From: an uncultured Holophagales bacterium
GTDB taxonomy: Bacteria > Acidobacteriota > Thermoanaerobaculia > UBA2201
Direction: 5' to 3'
NCBI GenBank assembly: GCA_964603505.1
Contig: CAZRVT010000001.1
Span: 52,215-116,214 of the forward strand
Length of the DNA: 64,000 nt
The notes under the pieces are model-generated. The model did not search any database, was not told the DNA's origin, and was given only the letters and a program-made list of their open reading frames with translations. Both the position numbers and the translations under genes were made by a program. Positions 1 to 9,861 of this stretch are shown piece by piece. The number at the start of each line of letters is the position of its first letter. Positions within the stretch are counted from its first letter, which is position 1.

Positions 1-75
1 GAGGACGACCGCACCGACCGCACCACCCTCAATCGCACCCTCTTCGTCAAGTTCTCCTACGCCTGGAGGCCGTAG
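1..75 (+). CDS. 3' end of a CDS entering from the left window edge (..LNRTLFVKFSYAWRP*), product unknown
   Basis: Open frame from position 1 to TAG at 73-75. No family recognised. Confidence 0.25.
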   Translation, partial: EDDRTDRTTLNRTLFVKFSYAWRP

Positions 76-188
76 AAGCGGTTCCAAGTCTCCGGTTCCA
101 AGTTTCAAGTTCTACCCCACCAACTTGCGGCATGCGGTTCGCGATCACGGCCGGGTCCGTCCGTGCGCTGCGGCCTCCGGGCCTCTGG

Positions 189-602
189 CTACTGCTCCAT
201 GACTTCCAGGACGAAATCCACCTCCGGATGGGTGGCCTGCAGGACGCGGAGGGTGCGGGCGAGGTCGCCGAGCGGCTTCATGTCGATGTGGTCGGCGTGA
301 AAGACCGCCGACACCGTCGTCCCCGCCCCGGGCGCGCTCTCCAGCGTCAGGCCGCCCCCCGTCTCCTGCGCCGCCTGGGCCAGCAGGGGCAGGCCGAGCC
401 CGAACCGCTTGTTCCCCTTGGAAGTGAAGAATGGACTCAAGGCTCGCTCCCGCTCGGCGGAATCCATTCCGCGGCCGTCGTCTCGAATGGTCAAGAGCAG
501 TCGCCCGTCCCCATGCTGGAGGAGCCGCACCTCCACCCGCCGCGCCCCCGCCCGCAGGGAGTTCTCGACGACGTCGAGGATGTGCAGGGAAAGGTCCTCC
601 AC
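189..602 (-). CDS. GHKL/HATPase_c-domain protein (anti-sigma-factor-type Ser kinase-like ATPase)
   Basis: Motifs LSLHILDVVENSLRAGA (N-box), DDGRGM (G1) and GLGLPL (G2). Start taken as GTG at 602, 2 nt after the PHP gene stop; the upstream part of the 249-aa ORF is Arg/Pro junk overlapping the PHP gene. Confidence 0.55.
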   Translation of the reverse strand: MEDLSLHILDVVENSLRAGARRVEVRLLQHGDGRLLLTIRDDGRGMDSAERERALSPFFTSKGNKRFGLGLPLLAQAAQETGGGLTLESAPGAGTTVSAVFHADHIDMKPLGDLARTLRVLQATHPEVDFVLEVMEQ

Positions 603-604
603 GG

Positions 605-1318
605 TCAGTACTCCAGCCCCCGCCCCCCCTCCCCCCGGAAGGCGAGGCGGATCTCCTCCAGGGTGGGCGATTCGAGGGTGAAGACGGTCACGCGGGTCCC
701 CACCTCGCCGGGGCGGTGGGCGTCGGAAGCGGTGTAAAGGGGCAGGGCGGTCCCTTCGATCCGGCGCACGGCGGGGTCGCGCACCTCCAGGGCGTCCAGG
801 GGGAGGCCCGGGGGGATGAACCCCAATTGTCCGAGGATGCCGAACCCCTCCCGGTCGGCGTGGGCGGCGGCGGCGAGGCCGCCCAGGGCGTGGGCCCGGG
901 CCGCCAGCTCCTCGAGGGAGAGGTCCACGGCGCCCCACAACAATTTATGACAGAAGCCATTCACGCCGTCGGCTTCGTCGGCCACCACCTGCTCGCGGGC
1001 GGTCTGTTCGTCCGCGGTGTCGGGCAGGCGCGCGTGGACGGCCTCCTGGAAGGCGAAGAGGGGGCCGTCGCCGGGGAAGAGGACGATCAGGTGCACCTCT
1101 TCGCGGCTCGTCACCTCCATCCCCCCGAGGACGGCGGGGCCGCCGGCGCACGCCCGCCGGACGGCGGGGACGTTGAGGGCGGCGTTGTGGTCGGTGACCG
1201 CGATCAGGTCGAGCCCCGCCGCCCGCGCGGCCGCGGCGAGGCGGCGCGGGGAATTGTCCAATTCCGCGCAGGGGGAGAGGCAGGTGTGCAGGTGGAGGTC
1301 GGCGCGGAAGGCGCGCAT
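605..1318 (-). CDS. PHP-domain metal-dependent phosphoesterase
   Basis: N-terminal DLHLHTCLSPCA..IAVTDHN PHP signature. 237 aa. Confidence 0.8.
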   Translation of the reverse strand: MRAFRADLHLHTCLSPCAELDNSPRRLAAAARAAGLDLIAVTDHNAALNVPAVRRACAGGPAVLGGMEVTSREEVHLIVLFPGDGPLFAFQEAVHARLPDTADEQTAREQVVADEADGVNGFCHKLLWGAVDLSLEELAARAHALGGLAAAAHADREGFGILGQLGFIPPGLPLDALEVRDPAVRRIEGTALPLYTASDAHRPGEVGTRVTVFTLESPTLEEIRLAFRGEGGRGLEY

Positions 1319-1322
1319 CGGC

Positions 1323-1667
1323 TCACGGCTTGAGGCCGAGTTCGTACAGCCGGCAGGCCGCGGCGTAGGCCCCCAGGGGCGTTCCCAGGACGGGCACGCC
1401 CTCCTCCTCGGCCTTCGTCAGCACCTCCGCGTCGGGGCGCCGGCCGTTGGGCAGGAGGATCCCCGCCAGCTCCTTCATCACCGCCACCGGGATGACGTTG
1501 AGATGGACCTGGATGGTGATCCACAGCTCTCCGGGGCGGGCGCGCGCCAGGACATCGGAGAGCATGTCCCCGGTGTAGACCATCGTCACGGGGCGGTCGA
1601 GCCGTCCCCCGCCCGCGAGCACCTCCAGCGGCATCCGTTCGACCAGGTCGGCCAGGGTCATAGGCAC
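1323..1667 (-). CDS. DRTGG-domain protein
   Basis: 114 aa with TMVYTGDMLSDVL..ITIQVHLNV pattern typical of stand-alone DRTGG proteins. 10-nt overlap with the upstream CBS gene. Confidence 0.7.
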   Translation of the reverse strand: MPMTLADLVERMPLEVLAGGGRLDRPVTMVYTGDMLSDVLARARPGELWITIQVHLNVIPVAVMKELAGILLPNGRRPDAEVLTKAEEEGVPVLGTPLGAYAAACRLYELGLKP

Positions 1668-2572
1668 ACTCCGAATTCCAGGTCGGTGAATTCACCGACT
1701 TTCGAGTCCAGCCGCATCTCGTCGGCCAGCTCCCGGATGTTGGGGAGCCCCATCCCGGCGCCGAAGCCCATGGCCCGCACCCAGTCCGGGGCCGTGGAGT
1801 ACCCGGGCGTGAGGGCCTTCTCGATGTCCGGGATCCCCGGGCCGCGGTCCCGCACCCGCACCGTGACCCGCTCTTTGTCCACCCGCGCCTCCAGGGTGCC
1901 GCCGGGGGTGTAGATGACGAGGTTCATCTCCGCCTCGTAGGTGGCGATGGCCACCCGCCGGACCGTCTCGGGGGGGACGCCCAGCCGGAGGAGGCTGGTC
2001 CGCAGCCGGCTGGAGCACGAGCCCGCCCGCTGGAAATCGCCGCCCGCCACCTGATAGCGAAAGGCAATGGCGACGTCGTCGGCGAGGATGTCCTCGAAGA
2101 TGTGGCTGGCGCGGTAGCGGTGGATCTCCTCCTCCCGGAAGTCCACCTCCATCTGCTTGAGCAGGCACCGCAGGATGTCCCCCTTGGTCAGGATCCCCAC
2201 CAGGCGCCCCGTGGAGGGATCCACCACGGGGAGCCGGCCGTACCCCAGGGCTTGGAACCGCTCCAGGGCCCGCGCCAGGGGGTCGTCGGCGGCAACGGCG
2301 CTCACCTCGCGGCTCATCACGGCCCCCACCGCGGCCTTCGCCTCCCCGTTCATCAGGCATTTGATCAGGTCTTCAACCGTGACGATGCCGGCGAGGCGCC
2401 CCCGCGACACCACCGGGACGCCCGAGATGCGGCGGTCGCGGAGCAGCGTCCGCAGGCGGGCCATGGGGGTCCGCGGGGTGACCGTGACGGGGTCGGGGGT
2501 CATCGCCTGCCCCACTTTCAGACGGTAGGTGAGCTCCTGGAGGATGGAGGCGTCCCGGGGGGGTTGTCTCAC
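1658..2572 (-). CDS. CBS-pair + GHKL ATPase-domain signalling protein
   Basis: Two CBS repeats (ISGVPVV..GIVTVEDL and LPVVD..GILTKGDI) followed by a HATPase-like C-terminus (RDRGPGIPD, GFGAGMGLPN). Confidence 0.8.
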   Translation of the reverse strand: MRQPPRDASILQELTYRLKVGQAMTPDPVTVTPRTPMARLRTLLRDRRISGVPVVSRGRLAGIVTVEDLIKCLMNGEAKAAVGAVMSREVSAVAADDPLARALERFQALGYGRLPVVDPSTGRLVGILTKGDILRCLLKQMEVDFREEEIHRYRASHIFEDILADDVAIAFRYQVAGGDFQRAGSCSSRLRTSLLRLGVPPETVRRVAIATYEAEMNLVIYTPGGTLEARVDKERVTVRVRDRGPGIPDIEKALTPGYSTAPDWVRAMGFGAGMGLPNIRELADEMRLDSKVGEFTDLEFGVCL

Positions 2573-2958
2573 GGCCGTCGGAGTTTCCCGGGCCGGGCCG
2601 TCCCCGGCGGCACCTCGGAACTCCCCCGGAGTCCCGCTTGGTAGAGGCGCCCGCAGCTCTCGAAGAGCGGCAGGTGGGTGGCCAGCAGGACGATGCCGCG
2701 GGCCCGCGCGAGCTCCACGATCTCGGGCGAGGGGCGCTTGCCGCGGACGAAGCAGATGGCCATGATGCCCGACATCTCGGCGGTGTAGACCACCTGGAGG
2801 GTGGTGAGCCCCGAGAGGAGGATGCTATTGGGCTCCATCAGGGCGAGGACGTCGCTCATGAGGTCCGCCCCGCCCCCGCACTGGATTTCCTGATCGATGG
2901 ACTCCGAGCCGCAGAGCACCGAGGCCTCCAGGATCTCGCGGATCTTGATCAGGTTCAT
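2569..2958 (-). CDS. DRTGG-domain protein (second copy)
   Basis: Similar to the 1323-1667 protein (LLSGLTTLQVVYTAEMSGI..). Start placed at the MNLIKIRE Met rather than the ORF's upstream Met. Confidence 0.6.
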   Translation of the reverse strand: MNLIKIREILEASVLCGSESIDQEIQCGGGADLMSDVLALMEPNSILLSGLTTLQVVYTAEMSGIMAICFVRGKRPSPEIVELARARGIVLLATHLPLFESCGRLYQAGLRGSSEVPPGTARPGKLRRP

Positions 2959-3029
2959 GCCGGACGCGCCCCCTTCTTCCCTCGATTCCCCCTTCATCAT
3001 AGCATACCGGCCCGGCGCTCCGCGCGGCA

Positions 3030-3058
3030 TTGACACCGGGGGCGGGAACGGCTACACT
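3030..3058 (+). promoter_or_regulatory. sigma70-type promoter for tRNA-Arg (TTGACA-N17-TACACT)
   Basis: TTGACA at 3030-3035, 17-nt spacer, TACACT at 3053-3058, 12 nt upstream of the mature tRNA 5' end. Confidence 0.45.
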
Positions 3059-3070
3059 GGGGCCTCTTTC

Positions 3071-3144
3071 GGGGTTGTAGCTCAGCAGGATAGAGCAACG
3101 GATTCCTAATCCGTAGGCCGCCGGTTCGACTCCGGCCAGCCCCA
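3071..3144 (+). tRNA. tRNA-Arg (anticodon CCT)
   Basis: Cloverleaf: acceptor GGGGTTG/CAGCCCC, D-arm AGCTCAGCAGGATAGAGC, anticodon loop TTCCTAA, T-arm GGTTCGACTCC, discriminator A. No encoded CCA. Confidence 0.9.
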
Positions 3145-3439
3145 TTCTTCCATCTATCAATGATTCAAAGGCCTTTCAAGCCGTTGCCGGCCTTCCGGCC
3201 CACGGCATGGATGAGCGTCCATAGGCCATGGATGGGCCTCCCAGTGTACCCAAAGTGTACCCGTCCGTTTTTGCTATTTTGAGGACCAGTCTGGCTGAAA
3301 AAGGGACGAGCCCAAAAACTAAAAGATTTCCACCGATGGACGGAATTTCGGAATGTATTGAGCCATCCTCAATTTTTTCACGTCCTGATCTCAAAATCCG
3401 AGGGCAACACTGTGGGGATCATTTCCCAAAGGGGTTGTT

Positions 3440-4080
3440 ATGGGAAATGCCCGATACAAGCATTTGAGTGCGGAAGAACGAGAAGAACTGACGATCGATT
3501 GGGCGTTGGGGATGAGGCTGCGGGCCATGGCCCGCAGCCTCCAGCGCCCCCCTCCGACGGGAGGTGGCTCGCCATGGGCCGTCCGGGCATGACGCCCGGG
3601 CCGCCGACGCCCCGCAGCGGGCCCAGGCCCGGAGCTGGCGTCCCCGGCGGAGGCGAACATGGCTGCATCCTCGGCGCCGGGAGGCCGTCGTGGGACATGG
3701 CCCGCGGATCGCCCGCGCCGATTGTGGCCCGGTTGAAACTGGACGAGGCCCGCCGGGCCTTCGAACGCTGCCTCCGCCCCGTTCCCGAACCCCTCCGCCC
3801 GTCCCTCACCGATAGCCAGGACAAGGCAATGGCCGACCATGAACGCTTGGCCCGGAACCTTCCTATCCGCATCTTCTTCGCCGCCCCCCCACAGCCCATG
3901 GCCGCGGGGCACCATCGAGAACATCAGCGGCCTGCTCCGCCGGTCCCTCCCGAAAGGGATCGACCTCCCCTGTTACTCCCAACGGGGACTCAACGCCATC
4001 GCCGCCAGTCCCCACACCCGCCCTGCCAAGGCTTGGGATGGCCTCCTTTCGACGAAGTCTTTGTGCGGCCCTAACCTAAT
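3440..4080 (+). mobile_element. Decayed IS30-family transposase (multiple frameshifts and internal deletion)
   Basis: Frame 1: MGNARYKHLSAEEREELTIDWALGMRLRAMARSLQRPPPT.. matches the IS30 N-terminal HTH (YxHLTxEER..G.S.R.IAR.L.R..ST). A different frame at 3839-4096 gives ENISGLLRRSLPKGIDLPCYSQRGLNAIAASPHTRPAKAWDGL, matching the IS30 C-terminus (NENTNGLLRQYFPKGTDLS..LD.IA..LN.RPRK.LG). About 640 bp versus about 1 kb for an intact gene. Confidence 0.6.
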
Positions 4081-4223
4081 CCAGTGTTGCACTTGAATCT
4101 TGAAAGCAGTGCGAAGCGACGATTATTGTTCGAGCAGGTTTTGGATGAGGTCATCCGCTCTCTTGATTTCAACCCGTGCCCCGGAATACAATGAAATTCG
4201 CCGTCATCCATAGAGGAGGACAC

Positions 4224-7200
4224 ATGGCCAAACCCCTGAACATTTCCGTAAAGAAAGCCCCCTGGGTGGCCAAGCAGGAGAAGATCAAGAATGTCTTTCC
4301 GGGCCCCCGGGGTGAATTGCTTTTGATCACCAATGCTTCAATCTATCAGGCCTTGCCGATGGGCGACTGGCGCCTCATCGGTCCTTTGCCAGACATAGAT
4401 GATTCGAAGATCCATGCCGGCATGGGAAGGGATATGATCCTTTTATACTACAGGGATCTCGGCCTCGTGCAGGGGTATTCAATGCGCGGGACACTCCTGT
4501 GGACCGAGGCATGGCCGGAGGATCATCGCTGTTTCATGGTCGATGGCGAGGATATATTTTCCTGCGGGCAACACGAATATCTCTTCGCGCACGGCCGCTT
4601 TTCCCCAAAAGGGATCGAACGCATTCGATTCTTCCCGGAGACGATAGTGGTGGATGGGAATCGCATTATTTCTTTCGATCTGGTTTTCCCTTCGGAGGAT
4701 TCCATCATCCTCGTGGATAAAGGCTATTTGCAGACGGTCGTGTCCCTGTCCAAATCCTTTCTGGCAGGCGGACCCGCCGGCGCGCGCCTGCTGGACCGGA
4801 CGGAACGAGACACGGTGTACCCCAACTGCCATGTGCTCGTCATCAAGGGCCAGGTGTTTCTCCTGAACGATCTGGACGACCCGGCGCTTTCCTTCGTTCC
4901 GGGCCCCAACCCGATCCGCCCCCTCCCCGTGCCGGCCAGATTAGCCCAGTTCGGACTTCTGGAACGGTTCCGCCGGGGGACCCCCAGGGACCTGGATGAG
5001 GTCGCGCTGGTGATTGCCCATTTGAGCGCCTTGGCAGCATCCGACCGTTCATCATCCTTCGACGACCAGGAGACCCTGATCTCCATCCGGCCGGATACAA
5101 CCGGTGTGACCGCCTACACCAGCCACCGGACCCACCACTATCCCCCCGGTGCGCGATGGCTTTCTTCCCTAAAGGAAGTGGACCGCCGGGAAATCCGGTC
5201 CGCGGACGATTATGCAGGCGCCATGGCCATGTTCACCCTGCTCCAGAAGGGCGACGCCGGCCTGGCGGCGGCCATGAAGTTTCTGGTAAGGGCCCCAAGT
5301 TCCGTGCAACGGATGATCTGTGGCTATCTCCTGGCGCGGGGCCCCGGCGCAGTGGATCGCATGCTCTCCCTGATCAATCCCACCCTCCTGTCCCTCCCTC
5401 CCCAGGTCCGGGACGAAGCCAACATCTCCGCCCTCATCGGGGCTTTCCCGGACCGCCTCCCCCGGCACGCCCCGCGTGCGCTGAGGGAACGGGCTCTACC
5501 CATCCAAGCCCGATGGGCCTGGCTGGAAGGCCTGGGCCAGTCTGGAGGGTGGCGGAGGGGAACGAATGGAATCGTCTTGTGCTCCACTTCCCATCGCCGG
5601 CCGCCCCTCCCCACCGGCCTGGTCCATCAGCTCCGCAAAGAACTCAAGGGGCCGGCGCCGGTCCAAGCGGCCATGGCCTTGGACCGGCTGGGATTACCGG
5701 ATCGGCTGAACGCGCTGCGCCGGAACTTCGACAAGGAGGACTCCTATGATGCCTCCTCGGCGCTCATGACATTGATCAGCCATGAGACGGACCCGGAGCG
5801 CCTCTCCCGATTGTTCGAGGAGCGCTTCCCCCCCAACGGTCCGGCCCCTCGGATCCGAATGCCCGACCTGGACGATCACCTTCCCGGAAATATGCGGGAG
5901 CTCGCGGCCGGCATCCTGAGCGGCCATCTCTTCGGGCGGGACCCCGCGGCCTATTTCGGTGACTTCATCGAAAGCCAATTGCAATGGCATCTATCCGCCT
6001 TCCTGAAGATCACCCAGGAGAAACAGCTCCCGCTCATTCTGCGATTCCTGCGGGCCGCCCTGGTCGCCCTGAGGGAAGATCAGGACGATCCCTTGGGACG
6101 CGCCCTGGGCGAAGAGACCATGCAGCGGGTCGTCCGGGACACGGTCTCATTTGGCTTCCATCTGCCCATCGCGGACGCCATCGCTTTAGGTGCCCTGATT
6201 CTCACCGGTATGCCCACGATGGCTGATTTCGTTCAGGGGGACAAACTCTCCCGCATTCTTGGCATTCTCCTGGGGCGCCGCGTTGCCGGCCAAGCATCCC
6301 CCTTCTCCGGGCCCAGTGCCCAGTGGACGCAAAGGCATTTTGAACTGGTGCAGCCGATGGTGGAATACCTCAATATCCACCGGCCGGAGGAGGCCTTTCG
6401 GATCCAGGCCATGTTCGCGTTCCGGGGCCTGCCGGTCCATGTCATGGGGCTCGTCTCCACGAAAGGACCGCGCACCCACGCCGACCGTCTGCAGGCCTTC
6501 GGGACCCAGACCGACGGGGCCACCCTGCCGTCGCCGGAGGCGCTGGAGGACCGGGTCCGAGCCGGGATGCGGCATGGAGACCTGCTCGACCGCTTCACCT
6601 GGGCCCAGATCTGGGCGTATCGGGGCTTGGAGGCGTGGGAAGAGGAGATGCCGGACCTGTTGCGCCGTCTGCACCCGCGGTCTCCCTGGACGACGGGCCT
6701 GGCGTTATCGGTCCTCTCCCCCGAGGATCGGCAGGAGGCCGTCCGGAAACATCTCCGGGCGCCCTGGCTCACCGACGCCCACCTTTCGCTCTGGCTCAAG
6801 GGGTGGGACGCCCTGTCGAGCATCGGCTTCATCCGGGACGCGGCGAAGGCCAGGCACTGGGAACCTTCAATGGTTTTGGGCCTGCTGGAGGCCAAGTTCC
6901 ACTCGGCCCGCCCCGAAGTGAGCCAGAACGCGATGGAGGCCTACATGGACCTGTGGTCGGCCTCCCAACCGGACGATGAATCCGGCTTGATGGGCGCCAT
7001 GTATTGCGTCGAGGAGGGTCGTCTGGGTCACTCTCCGGACAAGGCCCTGGACCTTCTGGAAAGAACCATCAAGCGGCTCACCGACTCGGATAGAATGGAC
7101 GCATCCCAGGCCGAGGCATACCGCAAACGGGTGGCGCGCGCGAGAAGGCGGCTGAAAAGCGGCCGCATCGAACCCCCCGAAGAAAGCGGCATCGGCGCCT

Positions 7201-7247
7201 TGAGCTTGCCCGAAAAGGATCCGTCCGGCCGCCCAAGCCAATCTTGA
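4224..7247 (+). CDS. Large (1007 aa) mostly alpha-helical hypothetical protein
   Basis: Long ORF; strong RBS AGAGGAGGA 5 nt before the ATG at 4224 (the track's 4176 start is upstream of the RBS). First ~700 nt are markedly AT-richer than the genome. No Walker A or other catalytic motif recognised. Confidence 0.7.
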   Translation: MAKPLNISVKKAPWVAKQEKIKNVFPGPRGELLLITNASIYQALPMGDWRLIGPLPDIDDSKIHAGMGRDMILLYYRDLGLVQGYSMRGTLLWTEAWPEDHRCFMVDGEDIFSCGQHEYLFAHGRFSPKGIERIRFFPETIVVDGNRIISFDLVFPSEDSIILVDKGYLQTVVSLSKSFLAGGPAGARLLDRTERDTVYPNCHVLVIKGQVFLLNDLDDPALSFVPGPNPIRPLPVPARLAQFGLLERFRRGTPRDLDEVALVIAHLSALAASDRSSSFDDQETLISIRPDTTGVTAYTSHRTHHYPPGARWLSSLKEVDRREIRSADDYAGAMAMFTLLQKGDAGLAAAMKFLVRAPSSVQRMICGYLLARGPGAVDRMLSLINPTLLSLPPQVRDEANISALIGAFPDRLPRHAPRALRERALPIQARWAWLEGLGQSGGWRRGTNGIVLCSTSHRRPPLPTGLVHQLRKELKGPAPVQAAMALDRLGLPDRLNALRRNFDKEDSYDASSALMTLISHETDPERLSRLFEERFPPNGPAPRIRMPDLDDHLPGNMRELAAGILSGHLFGRDPAAYFGDFIESQLQWHLSAFLKITQEKQLPLILRFLRAALVALREDQDDPLGRALGEETMQRVVRDTVSFGFHLPIADAIALGALILTGMPTMADFVQGDKLSRILGILLGRRVAGQASPFSGPSAQWTQRHFELVQPMVEYLNIHRPEEAFRIQAMFAFRGLPVHVMGLVSTKGPRTHADRLQAFGTQTDGATLPSPEALEDRVRAGMRHGDLLDRFTWAQIWAYRGLEAWEEEMPDLLRRLHPRSPWTTGLALSVLSPEDRQEAVRKHLRAPWLTDAHLSLWLKGWDALSSIGFIRDAAKARHWEPSMVLGLLEAKFHSARPEVSQNAMEAYMDLWSASQPDDESGLMGAMYCVEEGRLGHSPDKALDLLERTIKRLTDSDRMDASQAEAYRKRVARARRRLKSGRIEPPEESGIGALSLPEKDPSGRPSQS

Positions 7248-7329
7248 AATAGCCCGGCTTGCCGCGCCCGAAGAGTCATGGGCCGAACGCTTCCCTCGGC
7301 GGCACGGGGGTATCGGCCCTTTTGATATA

Positions 7330-9789
7330 ATGGCTTCAATGGACGAGGCCCGGTTCCACGAACTTGCCCGGCAAGTCAACCGCTATTGGGGGGCGCATCT
7401 CTTTCCTCGCGTTGTGGACCAGGGGCCCGCGCGGATGGATTGGTACTATGTCTCCGTGGCCCGGGACCAACTGCTCAAGGGCGACGACCGGGTTCTACAC
7501 CTTCTCTTGCACGAATGGGGCCACCGAACCATTTCACCCGCCAACATCGAGCAGGGGATCGCGTGGGGCGTTTTTCTTGAACAGGAGGGGATGGGGTCCG
7601 CGGAAGCGCAGGACCTTGTCAACATCGCCGCCGATGTCTGGGTGGACGACCGCTATCTCTCGCTCGATCCGTGGAAAGAGCTCTACGCGCGTTCCATCAC
7701 CCGCCAAGTCGGGGAGATCCGGGAACAGCTCGCCCAGGACCGGCGACGGGGGGATTTCCCTTACGCCGACAAGGTCCTGCGTTTTATGGGCGGAATCTAC
7801 GAAGCCATGCTCGTGGCCCATGGGTACCCTCCGCCGCCGGGGGGAGGCGGCAAGGGAGACGCGCCCGCCAAAGCCGGACGGCGGGCCTACGCGGCCCTGA
7901 CCGATCCCCTATCGCCGGTGGAGGAGCGGCTGAGGGCCCTGGTCCGCGAGGGGGGCCGCTATGTCGCCGACCTTAACCGCCTGAAGCGTCTGGTGGACCT
8001 GTTGGCCCGGTGGGGCCGCTCTTCCATCCTTCCCGAGGACGCCGACCTTCCCTTGGACCTCTCCCGCCTCGCCCGCCTTCTGCGCCAGATGAGGGTCAAG
8101 AGCGAAACGGCCGGCAACTCCAGCCTCGTCCCTGCCCGTCACCGGCGGGCCTTGGCGATGGAAGTGCGCAAATTGGAGCTCTACGAGCTCGTGGTCACCC
8201 CCATGGAGCGGTTGTTGCGGCGGCGCACCCCCCGCGAGCGCTGCGGGTTCCAGATTTGGAACGCCGGAATGCCCATGCGTTGGCTCTTGGTGGAGGAGAC
8301 GATCCAGCGGCACGGCGAGGTCCTGGCCAATGTGACCACCCTCCGACGGGCCCATCGGAACCGGGGTCCGGAATCGTCTGCCGGCTCGGCCGCCCATGTG
8401 TGCTGCGTCATCGACGACAGCGGTTCCACATCGGGGGCCGCCATTCAACGGGAGCAGGAGGCCTCGTTCGCCGTCATCCAGACGGCCCGGCGGAAGCGCG
8501 ACCTCTTTTCCGTCGTCGTTTTCGGGACGCGCGTCACCCATGCGATGGAGCCGGGATTCGATTACCTGGCGGGGGAAGACCTCATTTGTTCGCTCGGAGG
8601 GCTCAGCGGGGGAACCGCCCTTCTGCCCGCCCTGCAGCAGGCCCTGGCCTACTCCGAGCGCGGGACGAGCACCTCCACCCTGGTGTTCACCGACACGGGC
8701 GTGTATGACCTGGAAGATTGCCTGCCGGCCATGGAGGTCCTCGCGCGGCGGGGGCGCCTGGTCCTTTTCTGTTTCGCCTCCTCTGCGGAGGTGGCGGCAT
8801 TCCGACGCAAGATCCCCAGGCGCGCCAACCCGACCTTTTTCAACAGCGTCCTGCCCCTCCTCTCGGAGCGGCGGGTGACCTTCCGAGACAAGGTCTTCGA
8901 AAGCCCCGGCTACATCATGTTTCTGGACCGCAACCCCCATGACGAGGCGAGCAACGAGATCCCGCGCGCGTTCATGGACCGCATCGACTTCGGCTTCGAC
9001 CTTCCGGTCATGCATATCGACGAGACCCTGCGGCTATACGACCGGATCACGGTCCGACAGAAACTGCACTGGGGCTCCCTGGAGCACCTGGCGCCGGCGG
9101 TATTGCGCGTGGAAGAACTGGTCCGAATCTGGGCCGCGGTCCAGGAGGTCGCCATCGATATTCGGCAGCGGGTGTGGGCCTGCATGCTCTCGGACGCCTT
9201 CCGCCTCTGCATCAAGCAGGAGCGCTCGGAGCTCTCCCCGGATTTCGTTCTGAACTGCGCCGACTGCAAGTTCCAGGCGGAGATCTGCGCCCATCTCCAG
9301 CAGATCCCCGGCCACCGGTTCACCCACAGCACCCTGCGGCTGGCCCAGGCCCGGGCCTGGCTCAACGGGCAGGCGCGCGTGTCCGAAGAAGACATCACCT
9401 GGGCCCTCCCCTACACCCTCGCCCATCGCCTCGTCCTCAAGCCGGAGCTCATGCGGCAGACCCCCTCGACGGCCCAATGGCTCCACAAGACCGCTTGCGG
9501 AGAGATCCTGGCCAACAAGGAACCGGTGTGGCGGGCGGCCCTCGACGGGTTCATGGCCGGCGACGCCGCCGCCCTGGAGAGGACCTGGCAGCAGGATTTG
9601 GTCATCCAGACCATGTTCATGTTCATGCGCACCGAGGGTTACCGGGACTTCATCACCCCCTACATCGAGTCGGGTCCCAAGGCCAAGGTCGAGCGCCTCC
9701 GCGCCGCCCCCCCCCGTGGACGGCACCGGAAAGGCCCCGGCCCGGAAGGCCAAGCGCCACCGGTAGGGGCTACGCCATTTCGATCATGA
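7330..9789 (+). CDS. Putative metallopeptidase-like (HExxH) + VWA/MIDAS-domain protein (DUF2201-type), 819 aa
   Basis: N-terminal LLLHEWGHRT (HExxH). Mid-protein VCCVIDDSGSTSGA (DxSxS MIDAS) ..VVVFGT..GGTALLPAL..TSTLVFTDTG (VWA fold). Confidence 0.7.
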   Translation: MASMDEARFHELARQVNRYWGAHLFPRVVDQGPARMDWYYVSVARDQLLKGDDRVLHLLLHEWGHRTISPANIEQGIAWGVFLEQEGMGSAEAQDLVNIAADVWVDDRYLSLDPWKELYARSITRQVGEIREQLAQDRRRGDFPYADKVLRFMGGIYEAMLVAHGYPPPPGGGGKGDAPAKAGRRAYAALTDPLSPVEERLRALVREGGRYVADLNRLKRLVDLLARWGRSSILPEDADLPLDLSRLARLLRQMRVKSETAGNSSLVPARHRRALAMEVRKLELYELVVTPMERLLRRRTPRERCGFQIWNAGMPMRWLLVEETIQRHGEVLANVTTLRRAHRNRGPESSAGSAAHVCCVIDDSGSTSGAAIQREQEASFAVIQTARRKRDLFSVVVFGTRVTHAMEPGFDYLAGEDLICSLGGLSGGTALLPALQQALAYSERGTSTSTLVFTDTGVYDLEDCLPAMEVLARRGRLVLFCFASSAEVAAFRRKIPRRANPTFFNSVLPLLSERRVTFRDKVFESPGYIMFLDRNPHDEASNEIPRAFMDRIDFGFDLPVMHIDETLRLYDRITVRQKLHWGSLEHLAPAVLRVEELVRIWAAVQEVAIDIRQRVWACMLSDAFRLCIKQERSELSPDFVLNCADCKFQAEICAHLQQIPGHRFTHSTLRLAQARAWLNGQARVSEEDITWALPYTLAHRLVLKPELMRQTPSTAQWLHKTACGEILANKEPVWRAALDGFMAGDAAALERTWQQDLVIQTMFMFMRTEGYRDFITPYIESGPKAKVERLRAAPPRGRHRKGPGPEGQAPPVGATPFRS

Positions 9790-9861
9790 TCATGCGCCCC
9801 ATGGGCGCAGTCCCGGCGACGAGGAGGGCGATGATCCGCTCCCACAGGCCGCCGGCGCGCA

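Noticed and set aside
132-1913. ORFs 132-737(+), 431-1333(+), 1017-1913(+)
   Set aside because: Overlap the PHP/DRTGG/GHKL genes in antisense; no recognisable domains.
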